Source of the DNA: Rhodoferax sp.
GTDB taxonomy: Bacteria > Pseudomonadota > Gammaproteobacteria > Burkholderiales > Burkholderiaceae_C
Reading direction: 5' to 3'
Length of the DNA stretch: 64,000 nucleotides
NCBI RefSeq assembly: GCF_010365055.1
Contig: NZ_JAAFHA010000008.1
Location: 2,750 to 66,749, forward strand
Shown: piece by piece, positions 1 to 10,900 of the stretch
Layout: each line of letters opens with the position of its first letter
How positions within the stretch are numbered: position 1 is the first letter of the stretch
Program-made: the position numbers and the translations under genes
Notes under the pieces: model-generated
Database searches by the model: none
Seen by the model: the letters and a program-made list of their open reading frames with translations, nothing else
Told to the model about the DNA's origin: nothing

Positions 1-1
1 C

Positions 2-694
2 TGCAATAGCTGCAAGGCCTGCGCCGTGGGCTGCGGCGCACAGGCAATCGACGCCGACGGCCGCATTGACCACCGCGAATGCCTGCACTGCCTGGACTGC
101 ATGATTTTGTACACCGACACCAAGGGCTGTCCGCCGCTGGCCAAAGAGCGCAAGCGCCGCGAAAAGGATGGCCTGGAAATGACGCCAATCGGCAAGAACG
201 GCTATTTCATCCCAATCTACCCCGCCACCAGCTTCACCGAGCAGATCAGCGCAAAGGCTGTGAACGGTCCTGACCCGCGCATGCCCACGCCGCCCGTGCT
301 GCCCGCGCACAAGAATGGCGCACATGGCCTGCAGTGGTTGTGGCTGGAAGTGCGCGATCACCTGTGGCCCTGGAGTGCCGATGGCTGGCGCTCGCAGCGT
401 GCACTGCAAATGGCGGGCATCTCGCTGGCCATCGCGGCCACGGTGGCCTGGGTGATGAATGCCATGGGCACCTTGTCTTCTGGCGCCATCATTGGCTGGT
501 GGTTTGGCTGGAGCGTCTATGAGGTGCTGATCCGCCTGTCGGGCAAGCGATACGTCAAGGACGGCCTGTGGTGGCGCGACCACTACCGCCAGGCCGGCGT
601 GGTGGACATGGTGAGTTATGTTGGCTTCAAGAACCTGATGATTGGCGCCGCGTTGTTCCTGGTGTTCAAGTCGATGGGTTGGCTGGTGCCATGA
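2..694 (+). CDS. nosR: NosR (C-terminal part; gene begins before the window)
   Basis: Open from the window start: CNSCKACAVGC and CLHCLDC ferredoxin-like Cys motifs, then a hydrophobic tail. The stop overlaps the nosD ATG (ATGA at 691-694). Confidence 0.85.
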   Translation, partial: CNSCKACAVGCGAQAIDADGRIDHRECLHCLDCMILYTDTKGCPPLAKERKRREKDGLEMTPIGKNGYFIPIYPATSFTEQISAKAVNGPDPRMPTPPVLPAHKNGAHGLQWLWLEVRDHLWPWSADGWRSQRALQMAGISLAIAATVAWVMNAMGTLSSGAIIGWWFGWSVYEVLIRLSGKRYVKDGLWWRDHYRQAGVVDMVSYVGFKNLMIGAALFLVFKSMGWLVP

Positions 695-1968
695 GGCGCT
701 TTGTGTGCGCTGCGGTCTGCGCCGCAGCGCTGGACCTGACGGGCCTGCCTGCGCTGCATGCCGCCACAGTAGTGGTGCAGCCGGGGCAGGACCTGCAGAC
801 CGCCATTGCCAGCGCTGCGCCCGGCGACGTGATCGAGGTGCAGCGTGGCCACTACCGTGCCAACCTGCTGATTGACAAGCCGCTGACGTTGCGCGGCCTG
901 AACCGACCCACCATCGATGGCGGTTTGACGGGTGACACCATCCGCGTGACAGCGCCAGACGTCACGATTGAAGGTTTGATCGTGCGTGATTCTGGCAGCA
1001 GCCTGCAAAACCAGAACGCCGGCATCTACCTCTATCCCGGTGCGCACCGTGCCGTGGTGCAGCACTGCGACCTGACGTACAACCTGTTCGGCCTGTGGAT
1101 CGAGAAGGTGAAGGATGTGCGCATTGAACGCAACACCATCACCGGCAAGCGCGATTTCAACTCGGCGCAGCGGGGCAATGGCATCCAGCTCTACAACACG
1201 CAGGGCGCGAAAATCATCGACAACAACATCAGCTTCGTGCGCGACGCGCTCTATGTGGACGTGTCGCACCACGCGGTGTTCCGGGGCAACAAGTTGCACC
1301 ACAGCCGCTATGGCTCGCACTACATGACCTCCTACTACAACCTGTGGGAAGACAACGACAGCTACTACAACCGGGGCGGCTTGGCACTGATGGAGGTACG
1401 CGAGCAGACCGTGCGCAACAATCGCGCCTGGGGCAACTCCGACCACGGCATCATGCTGCGCTCGGTCCAGGACTCGGTGGTCGAGGGCAATGTGGTGGCG
1501 GGCAACAACCGAGGTTTTTTCATCTACGACGTCGAGTATGTTGAGCTGAAAAATAACCTGGTGGTGGACAACGTCGTGGGTGTGCACCTGTCAGCCGGCT
1601 CGACGCGCAATGTGGTCGAGGGCAACGACTTCATCGCCAACCGCGAGCAGGTGCGCTATGTTGGCGCGCGCGATGAGGTGTGGGGCGCCAAAAGCGGCAA
1701 CCACTGGAACAATTACCTGGGTTGGGATCGCGATGGCAATGGCCTCGGCGATGTGCGCTACGAGGCCAATGACATGGTGGACCGGCTGAACTGGCGCTAC
1801 CCCAGCATGAAACTGCTGCTGGCCAGCCCCGCAGTACAAGCCCTGCGCCTGGTCGGCCAACAGTTCCCGATACTGCGCGTGCCCAGCGTGGTCGATCCCA
1901 AACCGCGTATGCAACCGAACAACAAGCAATGGAGTGAGTGGCGTGACAAACATTACCCTGGCCAGTAA
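691..1968 (+). CDS. nosD: NosD, periplasmic Cu-insertion protein
   Basis: Signal peptide, beta-helix repeats, RGNGIQLYN, RDALY, GNHWNNYLGWDRDGNGLGD; context with nosF/Y/L. Confidence 0.95.
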   Translation: MRRFVCAAVCAAALDLTGLPALHAATVVVQPGQDLQTAIASAAPGDVIEVQRGHYRANLLIDKPLTLRGLNRPTIDGGLTGDTIRVTAPDVTIEGLIVRDSGSSLQNQNAGIYLYPGAHRAVVQHCDLTYNLFGLWIEKVKDVRIERNTITGKRDFNSAQRGNGIQLYNTQGAKIIDNNISFVRDALYVDVSHHAVFRGNKLHHSRYGSHYMTSYYNLWEDNDSYYNRGGLALMEVREQTVRNNRAWGNSDHGIMLRSVQDSVVEGNVVAGNNRGFFIYDVEYVELKNNLVVDNVVGVHLSAGSTRNVVEGNDFIANREQVRYVGARDEVWGAKSGNHWNNYLGWDRDGNGLGDVRYEANDMVDRLNWRYPSMKLLLASPAVQALRLVGQQFPILRVPSVVDPKPRMQPNNKQWSEWRDKHYPGQ

Positions 1969-2890
1969 CCCGCCGGATTTGGGCGGCCCCGCGATTCAAG
2001 CTCGCGGCGTTGCCAAGTACTACGGTGCCCTGCACGCGGTGGACGGTGTGGACCTGACCGTGCAACGTGGTGAAATATTTGGCCTTATCGGTCACAACGG
2101 CGCCGGCAAGAGCACACTCTTCAAGATGATGCTGGGGCTGATCGAGCCCAGCGCGGGCGAGATCCTGATTGGTGGCGCATCGGTACGCGGGCGCGACTTT
2201 CGGGCTGCACGCCGCCACATTGGCTACCTGCCCGAGAACGTGGTGCTGTATGACAACTTGAGTGGCCTTGAGACGATGCGTTTCTTTGCCAAACTCAAGG
2301 GCGCGCCGAGTGCGCAATGTGCGCCTACCTTGGCGCGGGTCGGCTTGGCGCATGCCGCGTCGCGCCCGTTGCGAGAGTATTCCAAGGGCATGCGCCAGCG
2401 TCTGGGGTTTGCCCAGGCACTGCTGGGCAAACCCAGCGTGCTGTTTCTGGATGAGCCTTCCAACGGCCTGGACCCGCAAGCCATACGCGACTTCTACGCG
2501 ACATTGCGCGGCCTGCGCGATGACGGGGTCACCATCCTGATCACCTCGCACATCCTGGCCGAGTTGCAGGAACGGGTGGATCGACTCGCCATCATGTCGG
2601 CCGGCAAAATTCAGGCGTTGGGCAGCGTGCAGGAATTGCGCAACCAGATGCACCTGCCGCTTTGCCTGGCATTGCGTTTGGCGCCCGTCGATGTGCTGGC
2701 GGCGCAGCAGCTGGTCGCCCATCTTCCGGCAGTGAGCAGTACACCGAGCGCAGATGGGCTGCGGATAAGCTGCCCGCGCGAGGCCAAGATGGCCGTGCTG
2801 GGCGCGCTCATGGGCCTGGGTGCCAAACTGCTGGATCTGAAAATCCAGGAGCCTTCGTTGGAAGATGTTTTTTTTGGTTTTTCGGATTGA
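1934..2890 (+). CDS. nosF: NosF ABC ATPase
   Basis: GHNGAGKST, YSKGMRQRLG and LFLDEP motifs; lies between nosD and nosY. Start uncertain (1934 or 1943). Confidence 0.93.
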   Translation: MSGVTNITLASNPPDLGGPAIQARGVAKYYGALHAVDGVDLTVQRGEIFGLIGHNGAGKSTLFKMMLGLIEPSAGEILIGGASVRGRDFRAARRHIGYLPENVVLYDNLSGLETMRFFAKLKGAPSAQCAPTLARVGLAHAASRPLREYSKGMRQRLGFAQALLGKPSVLFLDEPSNGLDPQAIRDFYATLRGLRDDGVTILITSHILAELQERVDRLAIMSAGKIQALGSVQELRNQMHLPLCLALRLAPVDVLAAQQLVAHLPAVSSTPSADGLRISCPREAKMAVLGALMGLGAKLLDLKIQEPSLEDVFFGFSD

Positions 2891-2899
2891 GGTAACACG

Positions 2900-3715
2900 A
2901 TGGAACTGACCCAAATCCTGACACTGGCCGCGAAAGAATTCCGCGACCGCATACGCAATCGCTGGGTTCTGGCCGTGGCCCTGGTGTTCACTGTGTTCTC
3001 GCTGGTGATTGCCTACTTTGGCGGCGCCCAACAAGGCCAATTGGGCTTGCGCTCGATCGAGTTCACCATCGCCAGCCTGGTCAGTCTGGTGATCTACCTG
3101 ATTCCGTTGATCGCCTTGTTACTGGGCTTTGATGCAGTCGTCGGTGAACGCGAACGCGGGTCGCTGGACCTGTTGTTGTCTTTGCCCATCACGCGGCTTG
3201 AGTTGTTGCTTGGCAAGTACCTGGGGCTGGCGGCGGCGCTTACGCTCTCTACGTTGGCGGGCTTTGGCTTGGTGGCAATCTTGCTGTTTCAGCAGTTCAG
3301 TTGGCCGGGTTTGTACCACTACCTGGGGTTCATGATCAGCTCGGTGCTGCTGGGTCTGGTTTTCCTGAGTCTTGCGGTGCTGATGTCGGTGATTGCACGT
3401 GAGCGCACGCGCGCCTCGGGGCTGGCGATTGCACTGTGGTTCTTCTTTGTGTTGGTGTTTGACCTGCTGCTGCTGGCGGGGCTGGTGGGCACGGGCGGCG
3501 CCTACGGTGGCGACGCATTCGCATACATGTTGCTGCTCAACCCGGCAGATGTGTTTCGCATTCTCAATGTGTTTACGCTGGAAGATGTTCGCACCTTGTA
3601 TGGCCTGGCCACCATCGTGCCGCCTGCCCTGGCCAAGCCCTGGTTGATGGGCTCGGTCATGTTGGCCTGGATTGTTGTGCCGCTTGCACTGGCACGTTGG
3701 AGATTTAAATCATGA
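2900..3715 (+). CDS. nosY: NosY ABC permease
   Basis: KEFRDRIRNRW, GERERGSLDLLLSLP, LLLNPADVFR; multi-TM protein. Confidence 0.93.
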   Translation: MELTQILTLAAKEFRDRIRNRWVLAVALVFTVFSLVIAYFGGAQQGQLGLRSIEFTIASLVSLVIYLIPLIALLLGFDAVVGERERGSLDLLLSLPITRLELLLGKYLGLAAALTLSTLAGFGLVAILLFQQFSWPGLYHYLGFMISSVLLGLVFLSLAVLMSVIARERTRASGLAIALWFFFVLVFDLLLLAGLVGTGGAYGGDAFAYMLLLNPADVFRILNVFTLEDVRTLYGLATIVPPALAKPWLMGSVMLAWIVVPLALARWRFKS

Positions 3716-4296
3716 ACTTCACCTGTTCCTGCCGTCGCCACACCCCCGTCGACGCAACCTGCGGCGCGCGCCGCCAACTGCTCGGTCTTGCGGCCCTGGC
3801 TGCATTGGGATCCCTGGGCAGCCTCGCGGGTTGCGGCGACCGCGCTGACGACGCCCGGCCGCTGGCCCCCGTGGAGATTGACGCCTCGACCTCCTGCGAA
3901 CTCGACGGCATGCTGCTGGGCGACTACCCCGGCCCCAAGGGGCAAATACACTATGCCGGTGCGCCCGCGCCGGTGTTCTTTTGCGACACGGTGGAACTAT
4001 TCAACACCATGCTGCAGCCCGAACAGGTGCGCAAGGTGCTGGCGGTGTATGTGCAAGACATGGGCAAGGCCGACTGGGACCAGCCGCGCGGCAATTGGAT
4101 GGACGCCAAGAGCGGTTTCTATGTATTGGGTAGCAAACGCCATGGCTCGATGGGGCCGACGATTGCCAGCTTCGCGCAGGAGTCTGATGCCAAAGAATTT
4201 GCCGGGAAATGGGGCGGCAAACTGTTGCGCTATGCCGAGGTCAAGCCCGATGTGGTGGACCTGAGCGGCGGTGCGCTGCACGACACCCGGATGTGA
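3712..4296 (+). CDS. nosL: NosL Cu-chaperone lipoprotein
   Basis: Lipobox LAGC, CELDGM, PGPKGQI, FFCDT, GSMGPT..F. Confidence 0.92.
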   Translation: MNFTCSCRRHTPVDATCGARRQLLGLAALAALGSLGSLAGCGDRADDARPLAPVEIDASTSCELDGMLLGDYPGPKGQIHYAGAPAPVFFCDTVELFNTMLQPEQVRKVLAVYVQDMGKADWDQPRGNWMDAKSGFYVLGSKRHGSMGPTIASFAQESDAKEFAGKWGGKLLRYAEVKPDVVDLSGGALHDTRM

Positions 4297-4306
4297 GCGC
4301 CAGGGC

Positions 4307-5008
4307 ATGACGCGCAAGGGGCTGCTCTTTCGATTTCGATCCGCATGGTCCGGCGCATCGACAGGTCGGCAAGGAACCCACACGCGCCTGATCGTCGTGC
4401 TTTTGAGCGTGGCGACACTGCTGCTGGCTGCCCCGCTGCTGATTCGCGCAAATAGCAGCACCATCGCCACCCTGCCCGTCGACATTTGTGTCATGGCGGC
4501 GCCACAGGCCTACGACCCGGCCTCCGGCTTGCCGCTACTGGCAGCGCGCACCATTCCAAAAGACGCGCGCTGCCCGGTCTGCGGCATGTACCCGGCACGC
4601 ACGCCGCAATGGGCGGCACAGCTGATCTTCAGCAATGGCGATGCCCACTTTTTTGACTCGCCGCTGAGCCTCTACCTTTACCTGAACGCAGTGACGCGCT
4701 ATAGCCCGGGGCGCAATGCCAGCGAGGTGGCGACCACCTATGTTACGGACACCGAGTCCGGTCATTGGACGCCTGCCAGGCAAGCCTTTTACGTGCAGGG
4801 CTCGACTGCGTTGGGGCCGATGCGCAATGGCAACCTGCCTGCATTTGCCAGTGAAACGGCGGCCCAGCGCTTCACCCAGCAGCGTGGCGGGAAAGTGCTG
4901 ACCGCCGGGAAAATCAGTCCGGCCCTGCTAGACGCCTTGAACACGCGGTCGACTCACACACAGCATGCGCTAATCAGGAAGCATTTGGGACTGACCGGCA
5001 CTGGTTGA
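4307..5008 (+). CDS. Second NosL-family protein with N-terminal membrane anchor
   Basis: CPVCGM, HFFDSP, FYVQGS...GPM..LPAF motifs typical of the NosL fold; hydrophobic N-terminal segment without a lipobox. Confidence 0.8.
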   Translation: MTRKGLLFRFRSAWSGASTGRQGTHTRLIVVLLSVATLLLAAPLLIRANSSTIATLPVDICVMAAPQAYDPASGLPLLAARTIPKDARCPVCGMYPARTPQWAAQLIFSNGDAHFFDSPLSLYLYLNAVTRYSPGRNASEVATTYVTDTESGHWTPARQAFYVQGSTALGPMRNGNLPAFASETAAQRFTQQRGGKVLTAGKISPALLDALNTRSTHTQHALIRKHLGLTGTG

Positions 5009-5066
5009 TAGACCGCAGCGTCATGGACGACGCTGCGCTGACACATCCAAGCGTCTCCCAGCACCC

Positions 5067-7910
5067 TCAGGCAAACCCGTGCGTGACCCGGCTGGCCTGC
5101 TCCTGCGGCTTGAACTGGTTAAAGCGCGGCAAAAACTTGTCCCAGTCGATGATGTGGCTGTCGAGCTCGGGGCCGTCAACGCAGGCGTGCTTGCGCACCA
5201 TTTTGCCGTCAATCGTCACGGGCACCATGCAGGCGCCGCACATGCCGGTGGCGTCGACCATGATCGAGTTCAGGCTGGCGACGGTCTTCACCCCATAGGG
5301 TTTGGTCATATCACTGACGGCACGCATCATCAGCGGCGGGCCAATGGTGACGACTTCGGCAATGTTACGGCCCTTGCTGGTCTGCCCATCCCTGAGCATG
5401 GCTTCGAGCGGCGTGGTGACAAAACCCTTCGCGCCAAAGCTGCCGTCGTTGCTGGTGTAGATCACGTCGAGCAAATCGGGGAATTCGGCTTGCAGTTGGC
5501 TCACGCGCTCGCCCGCCTTGACCCAGAACAGCAAGTCGGCATTGCGAAAGCCCGCAATCAGCGTGACGTGGTTGCCCAGGCGCAGATGCGCCCGCATGAT
5601 CGGGTAAACCGGCGGCAAGCCCAGGCCACCGGCAGTGAACACCACCGTCTGCTGGCCTTCATAGCGGTGCAAGGCGCTGGGCAGGCCCAGCGGGCCGGCG
5701 ATACCGGTAAAGGCATCGCCCACCTTCATATGGTTGATAGCGATACTGCTGGCGCCCATGGCTTGCACCACCAGGCAAATGGTACCGGCTGTCGCGTCCC
5801 AGTCCGCCAGCGTGAGCGGAATGAGCTCGCCCTTGTCCCACGGCAACACGCGCACGAATTGGCCGGCCTGCGCCGATTTGGCCACCAGCGGCGAATGCAC
5901 GATGAACTCGACAATCCCGTCGGCCAGATCAATCTTCTGCAAAATCGTCTGCGGCGCCGCACCCATTTTGGTGTAGTGCGCAGCGCTCCTGACCATGGCA
6001 CTGATCTCGTCCGCACTCAGGTTGATGTCACCGACGATTTCACGCGCGGCGGCCTGACCGTCACCGGCGGCGCGAATCGCCGTGGAGCCGCCACGCGCTG
6101 CATCACCACCCGAATACACCCCCGGCAGCGACGTCTGTTGCGAGCCAGCAGCCACATCAATGGTGCCCCACTTGGTCGTCTTGAGGCTGGGCTCGGAGTC
6201 TTTGATGATCGGGTTGGGTGTGTTGCCCAGCGCCATGATGACCAGGTCCACCGCCATCGACTCGGACTCGCCGGTGCTCACCGGACTGCGCCGGCCCGAG
6301 GAATCGGGCGCGCCCAGCGCGATCACATCCAGCAGGCTGTGGGTCACAAAATGCGTCTTGTCGTCGCCGACAAACTCACGCGGCGCACGCAGCTCTTTGA
6401 GCTCAATGCCTTCTTCGAACGCATGGTGCAATTCCTCGACCCGCACCGGCATTTCGGCCTGCGTGCGGCGGTAGACGATGGTGACCAGGCCGCCCAAGCG
6501 TCGTGCCGTGCGCGCGGCATCCATCGCCGTGTTGCCGCCGCCGATGACCATGATGCGTTTGCCGCGCGTCTCCGGCAAGGGTGTCTCGTAGTCCTGGTGC
6601 AGGCCCTGCATCAGGTTCACGCGCGTCAGGAACTCGTTGGCCGACATGACGTTGAGCAGGTGCTCGCCGGGCACGTTCATAAAACGCGGCAGACCGGCGC
6701 CGGTGCCGATGAATATTTTCCAAAAACCAGCTTGTTTCAGGTCTTCGAGCGTCGCCGTTTTGCCCACCACAAAGTTGGCGACGAACTTGCCGCCGAGCAG
6801 CTTGATTTTGCCAACCACATCGTCGATCAGGTCGTTGGGTAGCCGGAACTCAGGGATGCCGTAGCGCAACACGCCGCCCAGGGCATGAAAGGCCTCGAAC
6901 ACCGTCACCGGGAAACCCTCGGAGGCGAGTAAGTACGCATTGATCAACCCGGCCGGGCCGGAGCCCACCACCGCCACCGGCGGCTTGTCGGCTTTGGCCC
7001 AGGGGTCGGGCATGTTGGCAAAGCGCGCCGCAATGCCCTCGGCATTGACCAGCTTTTCGCGCTGCGGCAAGTACCACTCAATCTGACCGATCTCGATCGG
7101 CTGCTTCTGGTGCGTGCAAACGCCCTGGCACTGCAATTCCTGAGGGCAGACGCGCCCGGTTACATTGGGCAAGGGGTTGCAGTTTTCGATCAGTTCCATC
7201 GCTTCGCGAAAGCGCCCGGTCCCCAGCAATTCCAGCATTTCCGGGATATGAATCTTGACTGGGCAGCCGCCCTTGGGCTCGGCTTGGCCTGCCACATGCA
7301 GACCCAGCTCGCACGGTTTGTCTTCACATTGTTTGTCGCGCAGCGCTTCCAGCCAGACAAACATCTCGACCTCGCGTGCGCTGTAGCCCTGGCTCATGTA
7401 GCCCAGGTAACCCTGGTTGACCAGGCCGAAGTCTTGCGAGCGCTCCACAGCGTCACGCATAAAGGGTGGAATGTAATTTTCCGCCGGCCAGTTTTCCGAC
7501 AGGCCCTTGAACATCGGGTAGCGCTCTGACAAATGTGTGTCGATGGCACGCACAAATTTGCGCTTGAGCTTGAGCGGCACGTTCCAGACAAAGCGCATCA
7601 GCACTTTGCTGGTGTCGTCGTCACGCAGCATCAAGGCCCACAGCGTGCGGGTGAAATCGGGGCCCAGCTCGTCTTGCTGAAACTCCCAGACCATGGCCTC
7701 GCTGCCGTCAGCGATGAAGATGTCCCGAAACGCCTGCGGTTCACTGAGCAGGCGACGCCGCAACAGCGCCAACTGTCGATGGAAGGTCTCGACCGCTTCG
7801 GTTTGCTCCAGCGCGTCGATTTGCGAGCGCGTGGCATCGAGCGTGCGGCTCGCGCTGACGTAGCGGCCCAACTCGTCGCCGCTGGCTGGGTTCAGGCTGT
7901 CGGTACTCAC
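5067..7910 (-). CDS. Fused NfnB/GltD-like + NfnA/PyrK-like flavoprotein (SudAB/NfnAB-type ferredoxin:NAD(P)+ oxidoreductase) with extra N-terminal domain
   Basis: GRVCPQELQCQGVC, GSGPAG, GGVLRYGIPEFRLP, GGGNTAMD, GGD; second half IPLTLAD, GGLGLPP, IGPPLMM, DATGMCGAC, CVDGP. GTG at 7910 overlaps the PFOR stop (GTGA) and has GGAG upstream. Confidence 0.85.
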   Translation of the reverse strand: MSTDSLNPASGDELGRYVSASRTLDATRSQIDALEQTEAVETFHRQLALLRRRLLSEPQAFRDIFIADGSEAMVWEFQQDELGPDFTRTLWALMLRDDDTSKVLMRFVWNVPLKLKRKFVRAIDTHLSERYPMFKGLSENWPAENYIPPFMRDAVERSQDFGLVNQGYLGYMSQGYSAREVEMFVWLEALRDKQCEDKPCELGLHVAGQAEPKGGCPVKIHIPEMLELLGTGRFREAMELIENCNPLPNVTGRVCPQELQCQGVCTHQKQPIEIGQIEWYLPQREKLVNAEGIAARFANMPDPWAKADKPPVAVVGSGPAGLINAYLLASEGFPVTVFEAFHALGGVLRYGIPEFRLPNDLIDDVVGKIKLLGGKFVANFVVGKTATLEDLKQAGFWKIFIGTGAGLPRFMNVPGEHLLNVMSANEFLTRVNLMQGLHQDYETPLPETRGKRIMVIGGGNTAMDAARTARRLGGLVTIVYRRTQAEMPVRVEELHHAFEEGIELKELRAPREFVGDDKTHFVTHSLLDVIALGAPDSSGRRSPVSTGESESMAVDLVIMALGNTPNPIIKDSEPSLKTTKWGTIDVAAGSQQTSLPGVYSGGDAARGGSTAIRAAGDGQAAAREIVGDINLSADEISAMVRSAAHYTKMGAAPQTILQKIDLADGIVEFIVHSPLVAKSAQAGQFVRVLPWDKGELIPLTLADWDATAGTICLVVQAMGASSIAINHMKVGDAFTGIAGPLGLPSALHRYEGQQTVVFTAGGLGLPPVYPIMRAHLRLGNHVTLIAGFRNADLLFWVKAGERVSQLQAEFPDLLDVIYTSNDGSFGAKGFVTTPLEAMLRDGQTSKGRNIAEVVTIGPPLMMRAVSDMTKPYGVKTVASLNSIMVDATGMCGACMVPVTIDGKMVRKHACVDGPELDSHIIDWDKFLPRFNQFKPQEQASRVTHGFA

Positions 7911-10900
7911 AGAATAATCTCCGCGTCGCAATTGGCAGCCACCCGCTTGATGCGGCTCTTCAACTCGGGCGTGACCTTGATGCGCTCCATGGCGCCAGCA
8001 ATCAGCTGGCCCACATCACGCGACTCGCCATCAACGACGATGCGGATTTTCTCGAACAGCTCCGGCAAATCCTGGTAGCAAGTCTTGCAGTCGGTGCATT
8101 TGACCTGGTCAGCGATGTCGTAAGTGACGAGCGCTTCAGCCGCAGCACCAACGGCGGGGCTGGCCGCGGCGCTGCCAGCGCTTGCAGGCAGCGCCATGAT
8201 GGGGATCACGCGGGCGCTGCCAACCGGCGCCTTGCTGGCGGCGGCCAGCTCGGACATGGCACGCGCAAACGAGTCAAGCGAGCTGTCGCGCTGCGTCACC
8301 GAATCAAGGTACTGCGCTTGCAAGGCGGCCATGCCTGTGCGATGGCTCTCGTCCATCTTGGCCACATGCTGGCCGTCCAGGAATTGCAGCAAATGCCAGT
8401 ATTTGCGCCGCTCTTCAACCAGCGCGACGATGGCCTCGGCCACGGCGATCTTGATCAGGCGCTGCTTGGCATCGGTGGACCAGATGAACGCGGTCTTGCC
8501 CGCTCGCTCGGCCTTGGGCAACTCAACATAGGCTTCGACCGGCACTGCATTGGCATCGTCGGCGCCGAGCTTGTGAAACTGCTTCTTGAAGCGCACTTCA
8601 CCCAAGGCAAAGTGTGCCGGTGTCAGCGCCATGCTCATTAGTTTGAGCTGGCCTTCGTCATCCTGGTATTCCAGCGTCGTTGTGGCCCAGGTCTGCAGCG
8701 GATCGGGGTTGCCTTCGAGCGAGAACCAGTCGTGCAGCGTGCTGCCACGGCGCGGGTCATGCACGAACACCGGGCTCATGCGGCTCTCGACCGCCAAGCG
8801 CGAGCGCTCGGACGATGCGCCATCGCCAATGCCCTGCTCGCCCTGGCACGGGGTGTACACATCCAGCACGGCGGGCCCGTCGGTGTAAGACAGGCACTCC
8901 ATCGTGTTCTTCAGAAAGTGGCCTTGCAGCGCGGTGCTGGTGGCGCACACAAACACATTGGAGTGGAATGCTGCTATCAGGCCGAGTTCCTTGCGCGACT
9001 CGTGCTTGCCCGTCGCGGTGCTGCCAAAGCGCGCCAGGTCAGAGTCCTGCCCCACAAAGCTCGACGTGGAGGCTTGGCCGCCGGTGTTGGAATAAGAGCC
9101 GGTATTGAGCACCAGGACTTTAAGCGGCGTGCCACTCATCAGAATGCGCGACAGCGCGCCAAAACCGATGTCGTAGGTGGCGCCGTCGCCACCGATGGTG
9201 ATCACAGTCGGCATCAGGCCCAGCTCCGCCGCACTGAACTGCTCCCACGACAACATGCGCAAGGCGAGGTCGTGGGTTGACGCGTCGTAAGCATCGGCGA
9301 GTTCCAGCCGCGCCAGGCGCAGCGCCCGCACGTCGCCGACGGTCTGCGCTGCAATGCCCTCAAAGATACCTTTGGCCAGCGGCTGCGCGTCCTGGAACAG
9401 GCTGTTGACCCAAGGGTCCTTGAAAGCGTTGAACGGAAAGGTGGAGGCGTAGACACTGCTGCAGCCGGTCGAATTGGCCACCACCGTGCCGGCCGGGCCG
9501 TTGCCGGTCGGGCCGCTCTCGTACAGATAGAGCCTCTTTTCCAGCGTGCTGATGAGCGCCCCAAGGCGTTGCTGGCGCTCTGCGTCATCAGCAAGTGTCG
9601 CCTGCTTGTCCTTCATGCCGTCAATCAGGCTCTCCAACTCATGGATATGCTCGCGCTGTCGTTTGTCGGCAATAGCGTGGCTGGTCGCCATGACCAGACG
9701 GGTGGCGGTGACTTCGCCACAGCCACGGCAGGCGCCGTGGCCGCCGGTGGTGCTGTAGTAGTTGGCGCGATCAAGGAGCAGGCGCTTGATCTCGCCGCCG
9801 GGCTTGATCGCATCGGCCACAAAGCGCGCCGGCGTGTTGGGCGTCTTGCTCAGAAAATCAAAGCGCTGTTGCAGGGTTTGCAGCAGGGCCGCATCCTGTT
9901 CGCGGGTGACCAAGGCACCCGGGCCGCAAACCTCCACACATTCCAGACAACCGGTGCATTTCCACGGATCCACGCTGACGCCGTAGAGCGCGCCGCTGCC
10001 CGGCTTGGCCTTCTCCATGGCATCGAAAAACGGCCGCGTGCGCGCCACCGGATAGAGCGCCAAGGCGTCGATCAGCTTGGTGAAATTACGAAGCACGGTG
10101 ACGTTGTCGGTTTCAAGACTGGTCGCCGCTTCGGCCACCAGCTCATGGAACGGCCGCGCTTGTTTGCTCTGGCGGTAAGCCTCACGCACGCCTTCAGTCA
10201 GCGCATAGACATGGCCGCGCATGACCTCATGCTGGGCCGGTGGGAGCTCGAGTTGGCCAATGCCCGTGAGCAGCAACTCATGAATGTCATGCACGCTGTT
10301 AGGAATGGCACCGTCCGGGCAGACCAGCGCGCACTCCATGCAGCCGGTGCACAAATCGGCCTTGAACTCGGGCACGCTGCGGCGAAACAGCCCTTTGTCC
10401 TTGGCGCCTGCGCTGCCCGCGGGCATGAACAGCCCGGTGCCGGGCAGCACCGGGGCTTCGCCAATGGCGCCTTCGCGGAACGGGTTGAGCACCATGTCGT
10501 CGTAGTATTCACGGTCAAACATGCCTGCGCAGCTTGAGCTGCCTGCGCTCTGGCACATCGACGCCGACAGCGACGCATCGTGAATCGCAATTGGCGCGGG
10601 CCTGGCGTCGATACGCGCAAACGCATCGAGCGCGTAATCCACTTTTTGCGTGGCCTCAATGCCCTCGCGGATGACCGCCATGTTGCCCTCCGTCACCGCG
10701 CCGCCCTTGCCGCCAAATTTCTTGGCGATTTGCTGGCGGACTTTCTCCAGGATCACCTCCGGCGCGGCGCCGTTTGAGACCTGACTGACGTGACCGGCGA
10801 CAGCGCCGATAAAGGCGATGCCCATCATGCGGGTCGCCAGCTCCGGCGTTGGCGCATGCTTTTTGGCCACGGCAAAGGCATCCACGATGAAGAAGTTGAT

